Source of the DNA: Chrysomallon squamiferum
Lineage: Eukaryota; Animalia; Mollusca
Direction: 5' to 3'
Length of the DNA: 64,000 bases
NCBI GenBank assembly: GCA_012295275.1
Contig: CM022665.1
Location: 20,026,001 to 20,090,000, forward strand
Part shown: one piece after another, positions 14,716 through 58,312 of the stretch
How the letters are laid out: every line of letters begins with the position of its first letter
Position numbering within the stretch: position 1 is the first letter of the stretch
Position numbers and translations under genes: made by a program
The notes under the pieces: generated by a model
Database searches by the model: none
The model's input: only the letters and a program-made list of their open reading frames with translations
Told to the model about the DNA's origin: nothing

Positions 14716-15356
14716 CTTCTTTTATTTACACACTTTCATAACTGAAATAATAATACTACTAATAATAATACTGTAGACAAATCCAGTAAACAAAAAATCA
14801 TCTTCTTTTATATATACACTTTAATTATAAAGATTATTATAAACTGGAAACTTTGTTCTAGTCATGTGATATGCTTATTAAGCCTAATTTCCTAATTACA
14901 TTTTACAGAAAAGAGATTATAAATGTCAAATCTCATAAATATTTACATACATCCAATATTCAGTATTTTGATTTATTTTCTTTAAATTAACAATACTTTT
15001 AAATGCAGTCTAGTTTCTGTACTATAAAAAAAATAGCTGAGCAAAGTTCTTGTAACTGTACATGATAATGAAAATATTTTATTATACAAAAAAATGCAAC
15101 TGATACTGTATTAATTGTTTTTATCAATGATTATTAAATGAAAACAACATCATTTAAATTAAAAAACCTTATTTAATTATCAGAAGTTGGGTCAGTGTCT
15201 GAAATAAAGATTGGTTCCCTTGAACGTGCAATTTTAAAAACTGAACAAACATTTACATAATAACGCTAACACACTTTTTACTGTAGGCCTAAATTATAAA
15301 ACGTGGAATATTTGGTTTATTAATTTATTTGTCTTTGTGGAAATATATAAATTTAC

Positions 15357-15420
15357 TCATGTCAATGCTGACGACGTGGTCGCAACATGACATCTTCGTT
15401 TTGCTGTGCCTGGTTCGACG
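15357..15420 (-). other. Candidate non-coding 5' exon / promoter-proximal region of HLCS
   Basis: The ATG exon has an acceptor (ttatttcag, exon boundary 14741), so an upstream exon is expected. A donor-like ATGA|gtaaat lies at 15357/15356, where CpG content rises abruptly. The 5' end is not defined. Confidence 0.35.
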
Positions 15421-16272
15421 TGTTTTTTTTTTTTGTGTGTGTTTTTTTTCAGTGTGAAAGCGAATGTCAAAAGTAACTCACGTTGTCTGGTCGTGAACTC
15501 GTCAATCATTTCATAATTACAGTTACACAGTTGTACTAAATAAATCGTATATATATATATATTTTTAAAGCTATAATTAGGGCAGTCTTTTAACTGAATC
15601 GCAAAACAGAAAATGCATCGAGTGAACATCTAAAAATAAACTGTTAACGATAACGTTCACATTCATTAAGTTAATCTTGTCATCGAATCATGCCGGCGAA
15701 GGTCAAGATTGCCGGTATAAGATTACCTGGAATCTCGATTAAAACAAAATGTCAGTACATGATGACCATGAAATCTAGCAGCTGAAACAACAATCCTGCG
15801 TAATTTACTAATCTTACTTTCCCCAGTTTTCTAGATTGTTTCACCTTTATTTATCAACTTGTACAAAAACATAATATTCTTCTTCCTTACGTAAATTACA
15901 CCCTTGCGATCGGAGATCGTCAGAAAACAAAATATATAATTTTTTTGTTCTTTACATATTTGTCTAATCAGACAAATGTAATGTGCACCTGATAAACAGA
16001 TAATAAGAAGACCAGAGTCGTCTTTCATTATCCACCGTGTTAAAAAGTTATTTATTTGTAACCTTTACTAGAATTTCGATAGAAAAGAGAGGTTTTGAGC
16101 ATTTTCTTTCTTTCTTTCTTTCTTTCGCTTTTCTTTTTAGTTTTTCGTCTCTTTCCCCCACTGCAGTGCCTTCGATCAGTAGTGTATAAATTACTGTAGT
16201 CTTTGTTCACTTACATTATACGTTAATTTCGGCTGAACCCAAACAGAAAATAATAGCATTGGAAATCAGTAG

Positions 16273-16332
<60 letters not shown>

Positions 16333-17136
16333 GCAATATGCATTGTGCAGAATAAGGTTATTAATTTTGTGTTTATTAATTGTAATGTGATTTTTAACTC
16401 TCTCTCTCCTCACTCATTTTATGTTTTTTCGTAACTAGGATGGGAAATTCCTTTTATTTATTTATTTTGTACTTTGAAAAATCTGTTCAATGTTATATTC
16501 TATCGGTGTTAAATAAACAGTCCAGACAATGCATAATTTATCATTATTAAATAAATAAACAGCAGAAAAATTAACGTCAAACTCTGAAAAACTTTAACAA
16601 CAATTTTATTTTTCTTCATAATTTTGTATAGAGTGTACATTTTTCCAAACGAATGACTAATTAAGGTTGTTATCTGAATAATATTAAATAAAATGCATAC
16701 AAATGCTAGTTCTTGCTCCGGTGATATCTACTTTCTGCTACAGCAGTTCTCTACGCAATGAAATATTAAAATCTGTTTATTAACACTACCGCGGTTCACA
16801 TCATTTTCACTGAAACGTTTGACGTCATCACTACCTGCGACATATTTGTTGTAAAATCTAAAATTAACTGAACAATCAATCAGTTCAGTAGAAATATGCA
16901 AAAACAAATCTCCAACAAGAATAAAATCAGCTAAACCGTAACTATATTTTATACATCGAATAAAATATATTTCCTACAGAAGATTGTTTTACACAGTAAA
17001 ACAAGGAAGAGACTCTATATTGGTGGTGGTGGTGAAATAATAATTATCCGTATGCTTTACCCGGCTGTTTTTTTTTTTTTTTTTTTTTTTTTTTTCGTTC
17101 TTTTTATTTTAAAACTTTTGGACGAAAGTTTCTTCG

Positions 17137-23767
<6,631 letters not shown>

Positions 23768-23913
23768 TTTTCTAAAAAAGAAATGTAATATGTAAATATG
23801 AACTTATGTTGTGCATTTTTGACCAGCCCTAACCAAAATGCAGAAGAAAATGTAAACGAAACATTTAATCATCAGTTTATACTGTTTAATGCATTATAAA
23901 TAATTATGAATTA

Positions 23914-24004
<91 letters not shown>

Positions 24005-24143
24005 TAAATAGGAAACTAACATACCTACAAAGGTCAGATCTCGGCACAAAGTCTATTTCCTAAATATAATAAATAAATAAATAAATAAATAAATATCAAA
24101 TGAAACAGGTTTTTAAAAAGAAAAAGTTAAAAAGAAGAAAGAC

Positions 24144-24170
24144 TGAGTCACTATATAATCTGAGTCAGCA
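24144..24170. promoter_or_regulatory. Paired AP-1 sites, one a full ARE/MARE-type TGAGTCAGCA, upstream of the GMC gene
   Basis: TGAGTCA at 24144-24150 and TGAGTCAGCA at 24161-24170, flanking TATATA. Motif match only. Confidence 0.35.
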
Positions 24171-24624
24171 CATAAAAAAAAAAATAAAAAAATACTCATG
24201 CATGTTAAGATAAACCATCCAGTCCTCTTATCATGTTATTATGATTTGTGTTCACTAGAGCGTGAAAACAACTACTATTTACAATGCAAGGTATCCGAGG
24301 TCATTCAAAGTTTAAGCTCAGGTCACGTGACTGTCCCTGGCACAGTCTCTAAAAGTGTTTTCAGTTGAAATAATTTCAAAACTGGCGGCGAGTTCATGAT
24401 AATAATTTTATTAAAGCGTTTTCCTAGTTTTCAGACACAGTGTTATAACTGACTTAGACACTATACTTAGCATTCGCTTAGTAGTAATGTTCTCATTCTG
24501 TCCATGAAAACGTGCTTCACTTATTTTGGAGTTATCTTACTACTGTGAGATATGATAATCTAATTGTGTGTGAGTGTTTGTGTGTATTTGGCCAGTGCTA
24601 ATAAACAAACACAACAAAAACAAC

Positions 24625-24673
<49 letters not shown>

Positions 24674-24825
24674 GTAGCAGTAATAATAACAACAATAATA
24701 ACAGTACCAATAATAATAATAACAACAATAATAATAATAATGTTGGAGGTATCGATAATAGTGATGAAGATGCTGGGCTGTTGATTACTGAATGATAATA
24801 GTTCTAACTACAATAAGCGATAAAC

Positions 24826-24920
<95 letters not shown>

Positions 24921-25619
24921 GATATCATACTCACACACAGTCGAATATTTAGAAACGATATCACACACTGGTCGACAGTACGTTTATTTCATTTAAATGG
25001 TGAATTGGCGAGATGCCATGTATTGACTACAACACAAAACACCTTGACCGCTGGGTTATAGGTGAAGGTCATTAACACGGTCGATAGGAAGGATAGTCGA
25101 CTCTAATGTAACAGCTTTTAAATATTTTTTTGTACAGTGTGTTTGGTTTGATTTATTCTTTATCACTGACAGTAAAAATCAGTGAAACGGAGACTTACAC
25201 TAAAATCTGTGGTAGTTGAAAAATTAATCTTGTGAAAAAAGATTTGTCATAGAACTCAGTTCACTGAATACATGCAAATAAAGCAATATTACAATTACTT
25301 TCTATACAAATAATATTTTTTTTTATTATTATTTTTTTTAATTTTCAGCTTTTTACATTCTTTTTATTTATCTTGTTTTACCGCTATTGACACTGAAAGA
25401 CACATACACATAACATACATAACTATGTACACACATACATACATATGTACAAACGCACATAGTTAAACATACACATACAAATACGCACACATCATGCACG
25501 TGTCACTTAATTAAGGAGTACATAGTAATACAAACAATTAACAACACACACATATTCATAATAAATTTTTATTCGCTTAAAATAAAATAACGAAAATGTA
25601 TAGAATTATAACTCACAAC

Positions 25620-25945
25620 CGTAACAAAATTTACATTAAATATAATGATTTTGTCACTGCGAAATTTATATTAATTGAAACAATTATGTTATTGTGAAAT
25701 TTACGTAAACTGAAACAATTATGTCATTATGACATATTCGTTAATTGAAACAGTTATGTCGCTGTGAAATTTACATTAATTAAAACAATTATGTCACAGT
25801 GAAATACTCATTAATTATGTCACTATGAAATTTACATTAAATAAAGCATTATGTCACGGATATTTACACTAAGTAGAACTGTTATGTCATTGTGAAATCG
25901 ACATTAATTTTCCCACTTTTAAATTTACATTAATTAAAACAATTC
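25620..25945. repeat. ~36-bp tandem repeat downstream of the aGPCR
   Basis: Recurrent ttatgtcactgtgaaatttacattaattgaaacaa. Confidence 0.8.
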
Positions 25946-26082
25946 TGAGAAACTTTTTCACAAAGAATGACAAAATGTGTAACAATTCACGTCAGTTATT
26001 GAAGACTGGCAGGTTCCAGTAAACGGGAGTGTGATAATCAACATGCTTTGTGTCACAGTCCAAGTCTGACTGGACCTGTCTG

Positions 26083-41043
<14,961 letters not shown>

Positions 41044-41375
41044 TATACAAAACTGACAGATTTGAAATCAGTGTTTGTTTCTTCAACCATTAATACCGAG
41101 TACAGAACGTTTCTTGTTTCACAGTCATGAGAAATGTCTCACTTGTGCATTAATAAATAATCTCATTTACAAATCAGACAGAACCGATAACAAATTTGTT
41201 CTGTATTTCACAGAGCTGTCTGTGATTCTGTTACAGTACATCAATGGTGCAGTTAAACTGTGACGTCAACACAAGATAAAAAATTACAAAATTGATAGAT
41301 GTGAGAGAAAAACAACTCAAACACATGTTAACCACACAGACTTAACTACTGAAACAAACACATTATGTTTCTCTG

Positions 41376-41498
<123 letters not shown>

Positions 41499-42768
41499 CT
41501 ATTACTGCCCCACTCAGTTTATCAGTCTCTTTCTTTCTTTCTCTTTATCTCTGTTTGTCTCTGCATCTGGCTTTGCTCAGTTTATTTGATTTTGTTTTCT
41601 GATGATACTAAAAGTCACGAAAGACTATGTCTATGGATTGGCGCTTAAGAAATTTAGTGTTGATAACACTTTACATTTTTAAGATATTATTTTATTTATT
41701 TACCTTTTTAAAAGTCATATTCTTAAGAATTTTTATATATATGTTTGTACATGAGTCTTTCATTATACATGATTATATGGATGATAATAATGTTTAAAAT
41801 TTATATGTATTAATGTTTGTTTCTCTGTGACAGCTTATAGTTCTGTTTTAATCTGCGTGTATACATTCCCTAATGTATGTGTGTGTGTGTGTTTATGTGT
41901 GCGTTTGCGTTGTCGCTTGTTTGTCTTGATATTCTTTAAATACCAGAATTGTCGAAGAAAAACGTAGACAGCAATAACGTTTTCCAAATCTTGTTTATTG
42001 ATTAACCCAGAAAATCTGATATGTATAAATGGTAATAAGTATCTCTTATCATTTTTGTTGTTAGATTAAATAAATAAACAAGTTATCTGCATAACCTCAC
42101 ATCGGATAAACAAAAACTACGTACATGATCAAGTTACTACGGACACCAACAGTTTACTTCTTTAAGTGAAATGTCTGCCTAATTACCTCACAAACCAGCC
42201 TAACAAATGTGATATCTCACACGGTGTTCATGTTTGTTTTCTTAACACAGACGTGTACAAACCGTCGCTCTATTTCAAGCGACTTCGAGCATCAAATAAC
42301 TAGATTTGTTTTTTCCTTTTTTTCACGTGAAATAGTTTAAATAAAGACTACTTACCAGTAACATGTGTAGCAATCTGTCTGTCTGTCTGTCTGTGTGTCT
42401 GTCTCTCTTTGTCTGTTTCTCTTTGTCTTTCTGTCTACGTGTTTGTCTGTCTCTTTGCATTTCAATTTGTCATTCTGTCTATCCACATACACCTTATCCG
42501 TACTATGTTATATTTGTCTGTCTGTCTGTCTGTCAGGAGTGTGTGTTTATTGTGCTTACAGTGAAAACCGTAGGAAACTGATTATAAATGTTGGCTTAAA
42601 TGGCAGTAAAGAGAAACAAAAAAAAAAAATATTTAAATGTATTCTTCTTCTAGCTTTTGGCAAACTCTTAACGTGTGTGTGTGTGTCTAATAAACAGAAC
42701 AAACCTACTTGCTATTTCGATATATCAGAAACGTTAATGTTTTTTTTAGTTTCGTTTTATTAGTATGT

Positions 42769-42861
<93 letters not shown>

Positions 42862-44062
42862 AGTTATTGCACTCCTATAAAATAGAATTTATCGCTATTT
42901 ACAAGTAACCAAAAATTAATGTTCATTTGTTTTGTTTAGATTTTTATATTAATCCCGTCCCTTTTTTTTTAACTTAATCATTTATTTATTTATTTACTTA
43001 TTTTAATTATCTTACACATATCAAAATAATAAATTTAGAACAAGCATAATCATAATAAAAAAAAAAAAAAAAAAAAAATTATAGTGTTTGTTCTTGTTGG
43101 GGAGGGGGGGGTCTGTGAAAAAGTTAATAAAATCTTTACGAAATGAACTAGGCATGACGGATCTGACAAAATGTATTTTTCTGTTTTTAATTTTTTTTAT
43201 ATTACCTGTACATTGTATTACGTTCGTGAACGTAAAAGTTGTATTTTTATTTAACATTTGTAAATGTTAAGATGTTATCAGGTGTACTCAAAATACACAT
43301 CTGACGTTTTTCATGAAACGAAAACATTTTATGTATCATTTACCTTTATTTCAAATAATGATTATTTCAAGTTGTTGTTGATGTCGTTCTTTTCGTCTTC
43401 TTTTCTTCATCTTCATTGTCATCATCATCATCATCATCATCATCTTCTTCTTCTGCTTCTTTTTATTATTATTGTTATTATTTGTTGTTGTTATTGCTGT
43501 TATTATTATTATTATTATTATTGCTGTTGTTCCTGCTGTTGTTGTTGGTTATTATTGTTGCTGTTATTGCTGTTGTTGTTGTTATTATTATTGTTGTTGT
43601 TACTGTTGTTATTACTGCGGTTGTTGCTCTTCTTCTTCTTCTTCTTCTTATTGGTTTGTTGTAATTGTTATTATTTGTTTGTTGTGTTGTTATTGTGTTT
43701 TCTTTTTGTTGTTGTTGTTTATTTTGTATGTATTATGCCAAGTGTACAGCATTACTCTGGCCTCTGTTCTTTACATCACGCTGTAAGTTAAATAAGAGTA
43801 AAACTATTTCTGTGTTCTATTTTTAAAGTTACACGAAACAGCTGGCGCTTGTTCATGACTAAATACAATATCAGTGTCTTTTTACATGAACTTAACAGAT
43901 AGAAAACATTCTTAATAACAGGATTCTGGTTGGAACGAGAAATGCTGAACGAAAAATCCCACTGTGGTAGATTGACCCTGATGCCTCAAACATTCCAGCT
44001 ATCTGCAAAATTGGCTACGGTTTATATAAATATACAATTGTAATGTTAAATTCACCTGTGTG

Positions 44063-44103
<41 letters not shown>

Positions 44104-44694
44104 TTCCATCCTTTGAGATCAGCTGTTCTAGAAAAGATGAAACTGAATCCGTGCCAACTCAAACACCGAGGAGATTAATGTTTTCAGTGGCCTGCAATTC
44201 AGCGAGATTGTTATTATAAAAATATTTTCGTTTCCTAAGATATATCTCATGTGTAATAATAGTTCTTCTTCTTATATCTGATCACAGAGCTTCCTGACAC
44301 AGGAAAATGTTTCATTTCTTCTTGTTTTTTATTTATTTATTTTGTATATTTACAGGTACAGACGTTTAGGTATATATTTTGTGTGTATGTATGTATGTAT
44401 AGGTATGTTTATATGAATATATATATACACACATACATATACATATGTATGTTTATGTATCCATGCATATATGTATTTATGTACGTATATACATCTCTCT
44501 CTGTGTGTGTGTGTGTGTGTGCGCTTTCATATATATTTGTAAGTGAACTATCTAAAAAAGGTCTTATTTAGCTGTTCTAATAAAATAATCTATTCAAAAG
44601 CTCTTTGACACATCAAACTGGAAATCGATTTTCTTTCCTCAGTAAGATAATAATAAAAATAATAATAATAACAGTAATAATAATAATAATAATG

Positions 44695-44781
<87 letters not shown>

Positions 44782-45237
44782 GCAACAACAATAAATGTCA
44801 TATTACTAATATGAGACAACAATGGAAAATGTAAAAATAAATGTAAAAAAAAAAGAAATCAGTTTCGCACGTAGTGTAACAAAAATCAACAATCTTCCAC
44901 TTGTAATTAGGAAATGAAAACACGGAGAGCCACTTTTTCCCCTGCCGGCGTCATTCTGTTCTGTGTGTGACTCAGTGAAAATACCAGGGGAGTTTCTGAT
45001 TGATTAGACAACACAAAACACTCCAATGACTCTCTCTCACCCTGCAGCGACGACGGCCACACAGACTAGTGATATTCGCCTGGAGACGTCGCTGATGATG
45101 GTGTTCAAGGTTATAAGGTCGTGTTGTTTTGGTGTGAACAGTGCAGATGTTTTGTCAGTTAATCACTTCAGTAAGACTATTGATCATTTTAAAATGTGTG
45201 TGTGTGTGTGTCCGAGAGAGAGCGAGCGAGAGAGGAG

Positions 45238-45341
<104 letters not shown>

Positions 45342-46144
45342 GCAGGAAGAGGAAGCTTCATTTTATTATTTTAAATTTAATTTTTGATTTTGTATCACCT
45401 TTCTATATTTTTTTTTTTTTTTTTTTTTTAAATATATATTCTTACTCAGCAAGTCAAATGAAGACACAATACTTCTAAGTAACAAGATTATTTTACACAC
45501 ATCTGACAAATGTTATCACTAACATGGTCTGATGTTTAAATACAAACTGGGGGTATCACTCACATAACATACTTTATTAAATCTACCGAGGTGAATACTT
45601 CTGTTGTATGTTTTCTTTGCTAATATAACAGATCTTACTGGCAGCCAAAAGTAACTTTATTTACAGTAAACATTAACATACAGAATGCATGAACGGATTA
45701 AGGGGATATTACGCAAAACGTGACTTCTGTTATTATTGTGTTGTTGTTGTTGTTGTAGCTAATAGTAGTAATAGTAACAATAGTAGTAGTAGCAGTAGTA
45801 GTAATAGTAATATTAGTAATAGGTGTAGCAGCAGTACTAACGGTAACAGTAGTAATAGTAGCAGTAGTATTTCAATTATAAATAGTTAAATGCACCAAGA
45901 CGATTGCCCTACTCTCTGTCTGAAATCCTGCGTCTACATTTCTATAATTGTTCATTTATATCTGTGTTATTTGTGTCAGGTCTAACAAAGAAGTATTTAG
46001 ACGTTATCTCTGCTTGCGTGTTTGTAGAGTTTTAAATTAGAAAGTATCTGATGATGTCTGGTTTGGTCCGATTACAATTTGAATAATACTTGAGTTTAGT
46101 TTTATATGTGTGTGTACGAGTATGTGGGGACATAAAATGAGTTT

Positions 46145-46192
<48 letters not shown>

Positions 46193-46834
46193 GCATGTAT
46201 ATATGCATGTATGTATGATAATACAATATACAGCTGTTGTACACATCACCTATGTAATAGTGGTTAGAAAACTCGAATTTATTACAGATTTGTAGAGACG
46301 TGTAAAATGAAGCTATGAAACTATCCTTTGCATATTTTTTTGGTTTTCAAATCAAAATGAATTTTAAAAATATACGTTTCAATGTTTGTGCCAACGTGTT
46401 TTTCTTCTCCGCTAATTGATCCACCCATAAGTCAAACAGTCAATCCATCCATCTATCCTTCCTTTGATCCATCCTGCCATTTACCCATCCATCGATCAAT
46501 CTATCCATTCACCGATCTATCCATCCGCTATCCATCTATGCTTCACCCATTCATCAGTTTATCTATCTACCCATCAATCCCTTTATCGACCTATCTATCC
46601 ATCCGTCCAGTCAAAAATAACATTCAGACATTTTACCTAAAATGTTTGTAAGTTCTGGCATTTTATCCACAACTCTCGTGTCAGTTCAGTTTGACAGTTT
46701 TAATAAAGAGAAGACTTTGGTAGATGTGTTTTATTTGTAATATACACTAAACGGAATGACACAACCAAGTTAAGTTGTGAGTATAGCGAGACAGAATGTT
46801 TTCAGATATTAAAACATCGACGAGAACAGTGTCA

Positions 46835-47086
46835 AACCACGTGACTCGCTCATCAATAACAGTCATCACATGATGGGTGTCGCTTGAAGGATAACCACGT
46901 GATACATCGCCTGATTGAAAAAACCCACACCCAATGTTCCATGTGAAAAATTAATAATCACGTGATGCACGTGAAGGAAAACCACAAAGTAAAGTTTCAC
47001 ATGAAAATTAGTAACCACGTGATGCATCACCTGAAGAAAAAACACCTCGCAATGTTGCACGTCAGAAGCAGTAACCACGTGGCATA

Positions 47087-47095
<9 letters not shown>
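46835..47095. repeat. ~60-bp degenerate tandem repeat carrying CACGTG E-boxes, at the RERG-like stop codon / 3' UTR
   Basis: Units centred on aaccacgtga at 46838, 46896, 46959, 47016 and 47076. Confidence 0.75.
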
Positions 47096-54936
<7,841 letters not shown>

Positions 54937-56766
54937 AATACGTGATTGCTAAATGCCTACAGTGTTGACGTTTAAGAGGTTGATGTCGTATGTTTCCTGT
55001 TTACACATCCCGCCACAACGCCCTGCAGTAAAAAAAAAAAAAGACGTTACAGTCACACGTTGTGATGCTGAGGTCGATGTGCTGATGTTGCAGTTTTGTT
55101 GAGCACAGCAGCCGCGTAGCAACACGAACGTAACAAACGTGAACACAGAAAAAAGTCAGTTTTGGATAATTAGTCGTGTGATGTACTGAACGATCAAATT
55201 TCAAAACAGCGTATTCGTTAACTTCTGATAATTTTTTTTTTTTTTCTCCCTTTGTGCAAGATTTGCGTTTTGTGTTGGGTGCGTTTCTGTGTGTGTGTAT
55301 ACGTGTGTTTGTATGTATTTATGCATTGGTATACATGTGTTTATACAGGTACGTATGGGTAATTGAGTGTGTATATTTCTGTTTGTATGTGTGTGTTTGT
55401 ATTTGATGTGTTTGTGTGTGTGTGTGTGTGTGTCTGTGTTATCCGAGTCAAATAAGGGAAATAAAAAATAAAACATAAAAATAAAATAAAATCATTTAAA
55501 ATCAACAGCAAAAAAAAGACTAACACTGAGAGTAACGTAATATTTTGATGTACTTACAAATATAAAAACAATACACTATATTTAAATTAGCAGTTTCACA
55601 TTATGACGTCACAGACAGTCTAACGAACAATTACATTTACAGCTGTTGCTATGGAAACAGTAATAATTTAACTGCTTTCACTGTAAATTAGTCTCTGTGG
55701 TAAGTAGCTGTGTCAGCGGCACAATAATCCCGAAGTAATCCCTAAATAATCCCTAAAACTATCCCAATCCCAGAATAAATACTAAACCACGACACATCAA
55801 TAGATTCCTAGATCGGTTACGAAGGTTACAAATATTATAATTATTATTTAATTAATACTACAAACATGACAATTAATACATAAATACATATGGACAGGTG
55901 GACATGTATATAAATATAGATAGATAGATAGATGCATACATACATACATATATACATACATATATACATAGATATATACATGTATGTATGTATGTACGTA
56001 TGTATGTATCTATATTTATATACATATATGCATATATATATATAGACAGACATAAAGGTAGATAGAAAGAGAGATAGACAGATAAATATTCAGAATGATA
56101 TTAAAATTAGTAAATAGGCCTATGTATTTTAAAAATTAACTATATAAAAATGTAAGATGATAAAAGAATTTTACACAGAACAAAATAATTTAAAAAATCG
56201 GTAAAGAAAGACGTATGTAAAGACTAAAAATACGTGTGTCAAGGACAGAGGAACAGAAAATAATTTAGAAACAAGGAAATACGTACCAGAGCGACAGTAA
56301 AATGATTTTTTTTTTTTTTTTTTTATCCCACACCACACAGACACAAGAAGAAGGAGAGAAACGTAACAAAGACTGACTGACTGACAGCGATTTTCTGAAA
56401 TAGCTTCACTAAGTCAACTGGTCAAATAAAATGTCGGGCAAAGCAATCACCATAAAACAGCTGACGTGAGAAGTTGTCTTGCACTTACTGTTCAAACACC
56501 AGCTCGGCTCGGCTCGGCTGGTAGTTCACGGCACTTTTCGCCCAGCTCCGGTATTCCTGTTAGCCGCGGTGCCAGAACGCAATTAGCAGGTCAGAGACGC
56601 AAGCAGAGACGTCACTCACACACACAACATTAATCAATGAAAGATTTATCGAACTGGTTGCGTCTTGTACAGCGAAATCTGGTAACACGGTCTGTAGCTC
56701 ATCTCACTGATAACACAGGAATCTGATATCTCTGTTTTACTCAGACTTGCACAACTGTGCATATAA

Positions 56767-56866
<100 letters not shown>

Positions 56867-56998
56867 ATACGTAAACGCATACATAGGCTGGTTTATATTC
56901 TATTTTGAAACAAAGGATGGATAAATCCAAAACAAAGCAAAAAGTTGAGAGCGATTCAGGGTGGGAATGAGACACATAGAGGGAGAAAAAGACAGACA

Positions 56999-57099
<101 letters not shown>

Positions 57100-58124
57100 A
57101 ATAAAGCATAAAAGCAATTTCAGTACGTTGAGGTGATCTCTGAAATACGATTTGAAGTCAGTATTAAATTAACCGTATAATATCTGTGTTTTAAAGTGGC
57201 AGTGTTAATCAGTTTGTGTAGAGACTATGTTGTATATACTGCAGTATTATACACTGGAGATGTATGATCTGAGTTCAAGTTTTGTTTTTGTTACAGAGGA
57301 AAGGCCTGGTAAACTGGTACAAAGAAAAGGTTGTATTAAATCTGTGTGCTTCCAAAAACATTCTCACTTTGTATCTGGTTAGATGCGTTTCACTAGAGTG
57401 TTAAATATATATTAATAAAAGTGTTGTATGAGTGATATCACACACATTGTAATATGAAATAATAACACACGCAAGTGTTAAGGATGAGAACATCTTAAAT
57501 GAATAAAGAAATTTAATAAACAGAAAAAGAAGAAAGAAAGAAAAAAAGAAAAAAAAGAACGAGAGAGAGAGAAAGAGGGAAGAGAAATAAAGAAAACAAA
57601 AAATAACAGAAACAAAAAAAGAGTAGAAAGAGAAGGAAGAACGATAGAGAGAAAGAAACAGAAAGAATTAAACAAGGAATGGAAATGAAACAAATCAGTG
57701 GTTAGTGGACTTACTTGTTAATTAACGCTGAATCTGTCTGCTCAAGGGACATGTATTAAAATAAACCAGTCTGAAATGACGCGAGAAAGCCTGGCACCTT
57801 TATCAAACAAATAACACAAAGACCCGCCAAAACGAGGTGACGCAGGTATTCAATAGACCCCGGGTGTTTATCTCTCCTTTCAATCATTCGAATTAATCAA
57901 ATACTTTAACTGAAACAGGTTGTCTTGTAGACTGAATAATTTGACCCTCGGGTCACCTCGTTTATTTTTATATCAGATATTCCAGATAAAAGTTAGCATT
58001 GTTTTGTATACACACATTCATGTCTGTCTGTCTCCCTTTCTCTCTGTGACTTTCTCTCAGATTATCTTTCTCTGTCTCTCTTTCAATCTATATCTCTATC
58101 TGTCTGTCTCTGTCCCTGTATTTT

Positions 58125-58312
<188 letters not shown>

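Noticed and set aside
44065-44100. Poly(A) run as a retrocopy or SINE tail
   Set aside because: No upstream ORF, pol III boxes or target-site duplication seen; similar A/T runs are common in the window.
57195-57285. Possible tRNA or tRNA-derived SINE (GTTCAA B-box-like)
   Set aside because: No cloverleaf and no convincing A box.
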